Shown here piece after piece: positions 58,586 to 64,000 of a stretch of 64,000 nt of DNA. A program made the position numbers and the translations under genes. The notes below the pieces were generated by a model, which saw only the letters and a program-made list of their open reading frames with translations, was not told where the DNA came from and did no database searches. The DNA is from Dehalococcoidia bacterium (GTDB taxonomy: Bacteria > Chloroflexota > Dehalococcoidia > Bin125), in the NCBI GenBank assembly GCA_963663235.2, contig CAXXNO010000001.1, positions 1 to 64,000 on the forward strand. Direction: 5' to 3'. Numbering within the stretch: the first letter of the stretch is position 1; the number at the start of each line of letters is the position of its first letter.

Positions 58586-59197
58586 TTAGACGATGAAGAG
58601 CAGCGAGAAGAGCAGGATCCAGACCACGTCGACGAAGTGCCAGTACATCGACGCGGCCTCCACCGCGGTGTTGCGCTCGGCGTCGAAGTGGCCCAGGTAG
58701 GTCCGCAGCCACAGCGTGAAGATGAACAGCAGCCCACCGAGCACGTGCGCGCCGTGGAAGCCCGTCAGCAGGTAGAACGTGGCCCCGTACGGCCCGTCGC
58801 TGATGCCAAAGTCCAGCGCCGCCCATTCCAGCCCGGTGTTGATGATGAACGCCGTTCCCAGCACCAGCGTGAAGAGCAGCCCCCAGCGCAGGGCCCGGCG
58901 ATTGCCCGTGCGGATCGCCACCGCCGCCCACTGCATCGGGATGCTGCTGGCCAGCAGGAAGATGGTGAAGAGGATCGGCCGGAAGCCCACCTCCAGCGTC
59001 TCCCCCCCGTTGGCGGGCGCCCACACCAGCGCGTCGTTGCGGAGCGCCAGGTAGGCGGCGATGAGGCCGGAGAAGAACATCACCTCCGAGAAGATGAAGA
59101 AGACCATCCCCCAGAGCCCTACGGTCATGGGCTCTTCGCCCACAAAGATGCGGCGCAGGAAGTGGGGCTGCCGGGCGGCGTGCGCTTGGGTTGTCAT
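58586..59197 (-). CDS. ctaE: Cytochrome c oxidase subunit III
   Basis: FIFSEVMFF, TIFLLASS, FYLLTGFHGAHV, YWHFVD.VW. Confidence 0.93.
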   Translation of the reverse strand: MTTQAHAARQPHFLRRIFVGEEPMTVGLWGMVFFIFSEVMFFSGLIAAYLALRNDALVWAPANGGETLEVGFRPILFTIFLLASSIPMQWAAVAIRTGNRRALRWGLLFTLVLGTAFIINTGLEWAALDFGISDGPYGATFYLLTGFHGAHVLGGLLFIFTLWLRTYLGHFDAERNTAVEAASMYWHFVDVVWILLFSLLFIV

Positions 59198-59207
59198 GCC
59201 GCCCTCC

Positions 59208-60908
59208 CTACCCATCCTTCGGCGTCGCGGGCGGCGGCTCCGACCCGTCGCTGTGCGCTTCGGCCTCGTGAACGCCCCAGCGTTGGTCGAACAACGGCCG
59301 ATCGGAGCGGATCTCCGGCAGGGAATCGAAATTGTGCGGCGGCGGCGGTGACGTGGTGGCCCACTCCAGCGTGTTGGCCTCCCACGGATCGTCCGGCGCG
59401 CGTGGCCCGTAGATGGCGGAGTAGATCAGGTTGAAGAGGAACGGCAACACCGCCACCGCCACGACGAACGCGCCGATGCTGGAGATCATGTTCATGAGCT
59501 CCCAGCCGCCGTTGGCGGCGTAGTCGTTGATCCGCCGCGGCATGCCGTCCAGGCCCAGCATCAGTTGCGGCCAAAACAGCATGTTTGCGCCGAGGAACGT
59601 CAGCGCGAAGTGCACCTTGCCCAGCCCCTCGTTCATCATCCGGCCGAACATCTTGGGATACCAGTAGTACACCGCGGCGAAGACACCGAAGGCGGAGCCG
59701 GTCGCCAGGACGTAGTGCAGGTGGCTCACCACGAAATACGTGTCGTGCAAGGCGAAGTCCACCGGCACCGCCGCGAAGAACACGCCGGTGATGCCGCCGA
59801 TGAGGAAGAGCATCAGGAAGCCCACCGCGAACAGCATGGCGCTGGTCAGCTGCACGGCCCCCCGGAACATGGTGGCCATCCAGTTGAAGAACTTCACGCC
59901 CGTGGGAATCGCGATGAGGAAGGTGGACGCCATGAAGAAGGGGAGGAAGACGCCGCCGGTGGTGAACATGTGATGTGCCCACACGATGAACCCCAGCAGG
60001 CCGATCGCCACCAGCGCCAGCACCATGGACGTATACCCGAACAGCGGTTTGCGGCTGAAGACGGGGATGATCTCGGAGACCGCTCCCATCGCCGGCAGCA
60101 CCATGATGTAGACGGCCGGGTGCGAGTAGAACCAGAACAGGTTCTGCCACAGCAGCACCTGCCCGCCCCGGCCCGTGGGGTCAAAGAAGGCGCCCCCGGC
60201 GCCGTTGCGGTCCGCGAACAGCAGGATCAACGTCGCCGCCAGCACCGGCGTCGCCAGCAGGACCAAGAACGATGTCACCAACGTCGTCCAGGTGAACAGC
60301 GACAGCCGGAACATGGTCAGCCCGGGCGCGCGCATCTTGAAAATCGTCGTGAGGAAGTTGATCGCCCCGGCCGTCGACGCCGCCCCCAGGATCACCACCC
60401 CCACCAGCCAGAGGTCCACCCCGATTCCGAGCGGTTGGGCATTGTTCCCCGTGTTGCTGGACACCGGCGCGTACGAGGTCCAGCCCGCCGACGCGCTCCC
60501 GCCGTCGAAGGCAAACGAGCTGATCAGCAGCACGCCGCCGAAGGCGAACATCCAATAGGAAAGCGCGTTGATACGGGGGAACGCCATGTCCGCCGCCCCC
60601 AACTGCAGCGGCACGATGTAGTTCATGAAGCCCGCCGACACGGGCAGGATGAACAGGAACAGCATGATGGTGCCATGCATGGTGAAGAACTGGTTGTAGA
60701 GGTGCGCGTCGAGGATCGCGCCCGTCTCCGCCAGTTCGGTGCGCATCACCAGCGAGAACGCGCCGCCCACCATGGCGAAGGCGAAGGCCGAGACGATGTA
60801 GAGGATGCCGATCTTCTTGTGGTCGGTGGTAGTGGCCCAGTCCAGCACGGCACTCACCCAGCCCACGCCCGCGTAGGGGGTTGCCGCCGGTGGTGCTACC
60901 GTCGCCAT
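59208..60908 (-). CDS. ctaD: Cytochrome c oxidase subunit I, type A2
   Basis: TTTDHKKIG, YNQFFTMHG, DMAFPR.N, helix VI WFYSHPAVY (YS motif = A2), VWAHHMF, HDTYFVVSHLHY, GMPRR. Confidence 0.97.
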   Translation of the reverse strand: MATVAPPAATPYAGVGWVSAVLDWATTTDHKKIGILYIVSAFAFAMVGGAFSLVMRTELAETGAILDAHLYNQFFTMHGTIMLFLFILPVSAGFMNYIVPLQLGAADMAFPRINALSYWMFAFGGVLLISSFAFDGGSASAGWTSYAPVSSNTGNNAQPLGIGVDLWLVGVVILGAASTAGAINFLTTIFKMRAPGLTMFRLSLFTWTTLVTSFLVLLATPVLAATLILLFADRNGAGGAFFDPTGRGGQVLLWQNLFWFYSHPAVYIMVLPAMGAVSEIIPVFSRKPLFGYTSMVLALVAIGLLGFIVWAHHMFTTGGVFLPFFMASTFLIAIPTGVKFFNWMATMFRGAVQLTSAMLFAVGFLMLFLIGGITGVFFAAVPVDFALHDTYFVVSHLHYVLATGSAFGVFAAVYYWYPKMFGRMMNEGLGKVHFALTFLGANMLFWPQLMLGLDGMPRRINDYAANGGWELMNMISSIGAFVVAVAVLPFLFNLIYSAIYGPRAPDDPWEANTLEWATTSPPPPHNFDSLPEIRSDRPLFDQRWGVHEAEAHSDGSEPPPATPKDG

Positions 60909-60958
60909 CGCTTGTCCTTCCCCGCTCTCCGGCGGACTCTGTCCGCCGCGCGGATGGC

Positions 60959-61195
60959 CTACTCCAGCGTCCGGAGCCAGGCGTGGATATCGGCCACGTC
61001 CCTGTCCGGCACGCTGTCCGCCGGGAACGCCGGCATCTGATCCCGCGGGTTGCGGTACTGACGGATCTCTTCCTCCAGCGTCAGCGCCGGCGGCCCGATC
61101 TTCGGCCCGATGCCGCCTTGCCCTGTGTCGCCGTGGCACACGTTGCAGCCGTTCTGGAAGAACAGTTGCTGGCCCCGCGCCGGGTCGCCCCTCAC
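60959..61195 (-). CDS. Monoheme cytochrome c domain, probably the frameshifted C-terminus of subunit II
   Basis: GDPARGQQLF..NGCNVCHG..G.GGIGP...MPAF; no signal peptide; overlaps the ctaC stop next to a G run. Confidence 0.75.
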   Translation of the reverse strand: MRGDPARGQQLFFQNGCNVCHGDTGQGGIGPKIGPPALTLEEEIRQYRNPRDQMPAFPADSVPDRDVADIHAWLRTLE

Positions 61196-62322
61196 GGGCC
61201 CTCCCCCGCCGCTTCCGCTGCCATCCCGGGGGCCGCCGCTTCTTCCTCCGTCACGGGAGGCGGCGCAGCGCCCAGCGCCGCCGCCAGCCTCTCCAGCCGC
61301 CAGGCCTCGTATTCGTCCGGCTCCAGGGCGCGCACGGTGAAGATCATGCGGGCGTGATCGCGCCCACAGAACTCGGCGCACTGCCCCTCATAGAGTCCCG
61401 CCTCGGTCACGTTGATCCACATCGACTGCACGCGCCCCGGCACGACGTCCAGCTTGTAGAGGAACTGCGGCGTGTAGAAAGAGTGGATGACGTCCTGCGA
61501 CGCCAGATTGAACCGCACGGTGATGTCCGTCGGCACGGTCACGATCGGCGTCGGCCGGATGACCTCTTCGCCCGTCGCCGGGTCGACGCTCACCAGGCTA
61601 TCCAGCCGCCCCGGCTCGACGGCGGTTTCGGTGCCGTCGAAGATCAGGTCGATCGGCGTGCCCGCGTCGTGCTGCTCCGCCACCGTCCCATCGACGGCTC
61701 GATCGACGGTGATGGCGCCCCCATCGATCGCGGTCACCCGCATGTGCTCCACATCCAGGCGGATCACCGTGCTGAAGGGCGCCAGGCCCTGGAACGCCCC
61801 CGCGTCGCTGACGGTCAGCACGCTGCTCACGGCGCCCTCGGCGACCGCCTCGGCGACCGTGACGTCCAGCCGTTCGGAGTAGCGGAAGGCCCAGGTCCAC
61901 TGCCGCCCCAGCACATCGACCGTCTCCACCCGCTCATCCTCCGGCGGCGACGATTCGATGTCGTCCAGCACCATGAACGTCACCACGAACAGCGCGATGA
62001 CGATCGCAGCCGGCGTAGCGGTCCAGATGACCTCCACCAGTTGGTTCCCGTGCGTCTGCTTGGGCAGCGCGTCGCCCCGGCGACGGTACCGCAGCACGAT
62101 GTAGATGATCGCCGCCTCGACGGCCACGAACACCACCGCCGCCACCACGAACACGATCATGTACAGCGCGCGGATGTCGTCGCCTTGCTCGCTCTTGGCC
62201 TCGGGCGGGAACACCTGCGCCCCCGCCACGCCCGCCGTGACGGTCAGCGCGAGGAATACAGCCACCAGTGCGACGTTGAGTCGCATGAGCCCAGACCTCC
62301 ACGCCATACCGACCTCGCGCAT
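61192..62322 (-). CDS. ctaC: Cytochrome c oxidase subunit II with an inserted domain
   Basis: Two TM helices, HGN..VE..WT..P, QWTWAFRY, CuA ligands DVIHSF...CAEFCG.DH.RM; about 100 extra aa after QW.W.FRY. Confidence 0.93.
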   Translation of the reverse strand: MREVGMAWRSGLMRLNVALVAVFLALTVTAGVAGAQVFPPEAKSEQGDDIRALYMIVFVVAAVVFVAVEAAIIYIVLRYRRRGDALPKQTHGNQLVEVIWTATPAAIVIALFVVTFMVLDDIESSPPEDERVETVDVLGRQWTWAFRYSERLDVTVAEAVAEGAVSSVLTVSDAGAFQGLAPFSTVIRLDVEHMRVTAIDGGAITVDRAVDGTVAEQHDAGTPIDLIFDGTETAVEPGRLDSLVSVDPATGEEVIRPTPIVTVPTDITVRFNLASQDVIHSFYTPQFLYKLDVVPGRVQSMWINVTEAGLYEGQCAEFCGRDHARMIFTVRALEPDEYEAWRLERLAAALGAAPPPVTEEEAAAPGMAAEAAGEGP

Positions 62323-62355
62323 GCGCGCCCCTGTCTGTCTCGCGGCCGCCTGGGG

Positions 62356-63360
62356 CTAGTGGCCCGCGGCGAACTGTTGAATGTCTTCGCTCAGCCAGCC
62401 CAGCGTGCCCAGCACGGTCAGCGCGATCCCCGCGCCCAGCAGCTCCGCGGGGAACACCACGCCGAAAGCGCTCAGCATGATACCAAGGGCCAGCACGATG
62501 GGGCTGGCGGACGGCGGCGCCACGTGCCCCGGCGCCCCCTCCGCGGCCGCCCCGTGAGCACCGACGGTGATCGCACCGCCGAACGCCAGGACGTCCTCCC
62601 ACAGCCAGCCCAGCGTGCCCGCGATCGTGATCGCCAATCCGGCTCCCAGCAACTCCGCCGGAAACACGACGCCGAACGCCGTCACCGCCGCGCCCAGGCC
62701 GATCAGGATGGGGAACGGGGATCCGTGCGCCTCATGCGCAGGGGCGTGCTCCGCCCCGGCTTCCAGGAGCGGCAGCGCCGCCTCGGTCGGCGCCGCCAGC
62801 GCGGCGGCCCCTTCTCGCCCTGCGGCACGCGGTGTCCCATACGCCGTCTCCATGCCCCGGCGCGCGGGACGGTAGACCCGCGGCCGCAGAACCGGCGGCA
62901 GCAGCATCATCAGCGCCCTCAGGACATCCGGCCCTGAATACGCGTCGATCACCTCAAAGCCGAACCGCGGCGTCCATTTCCAGACCCGCAGGCCCGCCAG
63001 TTTGATCCCGAGTTGCTGGCAGAGGCGGTTGGCGCGCCCCCCCTGGCCGGCCGGCACGTAGAGGTGCAGGGGGCCGGCCAGCGACAGCGGGAGCCAGTGC
63101 TCCCGCGCCATCTCCTCCGTCACCTCGTCCCGCAGCGTCACCACGCCGAGCATCACGATAAAGTGTCCCGGCTCTTGCACGGCCAGAATGTCTGGGTAAA
63201 TCCAGCCGCCGCTGCGGACCTGGATGCCCATCGTCCGCTCTGGGGCGTTGGTGACCGTCTGCCAGTTAGCGTGGGCCTCGTCGGGGAAGGCGAACCGCGC
63301 GCCCGCGATATGCTCGACGACATCGGCGAGCTTCGTGCGTTCCGCTTCGACCGTCGGCAT
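62356..63360 (-). CDS. Hypothetical fusion: soluble N-terminal domain plus two subunit-IV-like TM hairpins
   Basis: Duplicated S..PI...LG....AFGVVFPAELLGAG.A.T..GTLGWL.ED; first gene of the cta operon. Confidence 0.7.
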   Translation of the reverse strand: MPTVEAERTKLADVVEHIAGARFAFPDEAHANWQTVTNAPERTMGIQVRSGGWIYPDILAVQEPGHFIVMLGVVTLRDEVTEEMAREHWLPLSLAGPLHLYVPAGQGGRANRLCQQLGIKLAGLRVWKWTPRFGFEVIDAYSGPDVLRALMMLLPPVLRPRVYRPARRGMETAYGTPRAAGREGAAALAAPTEAALPLLEAGAEHAPAHEAHGSPFPILIGLGAAVTAFGVVFPAELLGAGLAITIAGTLGWLWEDVLAFGGAITVGAHGAAAEGAPGHVAPPSASPIVLALGIMLSAFGVVFPAELLGAGIALTVLGTLGWLSEDIQQFAAGH

Positions 63361-63540
63361 GCGCCCGCGCCCCCCGCCCTTCTTTGGACGTCGTGTGATG
63401 CCGAGACTCAGTCTGCGCGATAGTGCACCCTGGCACAAGCCCGGCAGGCACCCCCAAGCAACACGCCCATCGGCCGGGGTCAACGCTCCCGGCTGAGGCC
63501 GGCGCTTCGCGGTTTGGGGACGCGAGGGCGGTTGGGGGGT

Positions 63541-64000
63541 CTAGGGCAAGGAGCGGCACGGCTGGTTCATGGGGACGTACTTGGGCCGGTAGATCGCCAC
63601 ACCCTTGCGATTCCGGAAGCTGAGCCGCTCATCCACGATCTGGGCGCCGATCCCGGCGATCCGCGCCCAACCGAAGAACGTGGTGTAGTACTCCGGGTCG
63701 TGGAAGCCCACGGCGTTCAGCAGGCTCCCGGACACCAGGTCCACGTTGGCGTAGGGGTCGGCTATTTTCGGGTTCTCGTGCAGGATCGGGGGCACGACCT
63801 TGCGCAGCGCCTTGACGATGCGGAACTCGGGGTTATCCGGCGCGATCTCTTCCCCGACGGCAATCTGCACCTGCGCCCGCGGGTCCTCTTTGCGCAGCAC
63901 GGCGTGTCCGAAGCCGAAGATCAGCCCGCCCGACGCGATCCGCTCCCGCACCCAGCGCTCCACCTCGGCTTCGTCGGACGTGTTGACCTCCCGCACGAAC
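63541..64000 (-). CDS. Citrate/2-methylcitrate synthase, C-terminal part (partial)
   Basis: IFGFGHAVLRKEDPR, PYANVD..SG, F..ARIAG..AQ, IYRPKY. Confidence 0.88.
   Translation of the reverse strand, partial: FVREVNTSDEAEVERWVRERIASGGLIFGFGHAVLRKEDPRAQVQIAVGEEIAPDNPEFRIVKALRKVVPPILHENPKIADPYANVDLVSGSLLNAVGFHDPEYYTTFFGWARIAGIGAQIVDERLSFRNRKGVAIYRPKYVPMNQPCRSLP

Noticed and set aside
6062-62937. Long antisense or alternate-frame ORFs (e.g. 18476-20839, 28289-30535, 40576-42534, 44050-45645, 52126-53694)
   Set aside because: Shadow ORFs typical of high-GC DNA; each overlaps a well-supported gene and has no family motifs.

Overview
High-GC bacterial chromosomal segment. Gene content suggests Chloroflexota, probably Dehalococcoidia/SAR202-like; this is inferred from the unlinked rRNA, the LLM/SDR/SnoaL paralog arrays, an NrtR box at nadE and a Cys-motif LysM protein. 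In order, the window holds: a stand-alone 23S rRNA followed by tRNA-fMet (no adjacent 16S or 5S); a Cys-rich repeat surface protein; Ktr/Trk K+ uptake; tRNA-Glu; two luciferase-like monooxygenases; a two-component system divergent from an ApbE/ferric-reductase-like flavinylation module; Prx5, CDGSH and a tungsten-type AOR followed by five tandem SDRs; a PAC2 gene overlapping a ferredoxin:thioredoxin reductase; an orphan Zn-independent rpsN; a Fe3+ ABC transporter with a DtxR-like box; an ECF sigma/anti-sigma pair with two Tat lipoproteins; tldD-pmbA divergent from a duplicated small-ORF cassette; three SnoaL genes; LysM/M23 genes; nadE; an ABC-2 exporter; an A2-type caa3-like oxidase operon; and a partial citrate synthase. 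The strongest finding is that the FTR catalytic Cys codon is an in-frame TGA followed by a SECIS-like hairpin, i.e. a probable selenoprotein. The oxidase operon also has two unusual domain architectures. Five genes have apparent 1-nt deletions, mostly in G/C runs, which are probably sequencing errors. All calls come from reading motifs by eye; no database searches were run.
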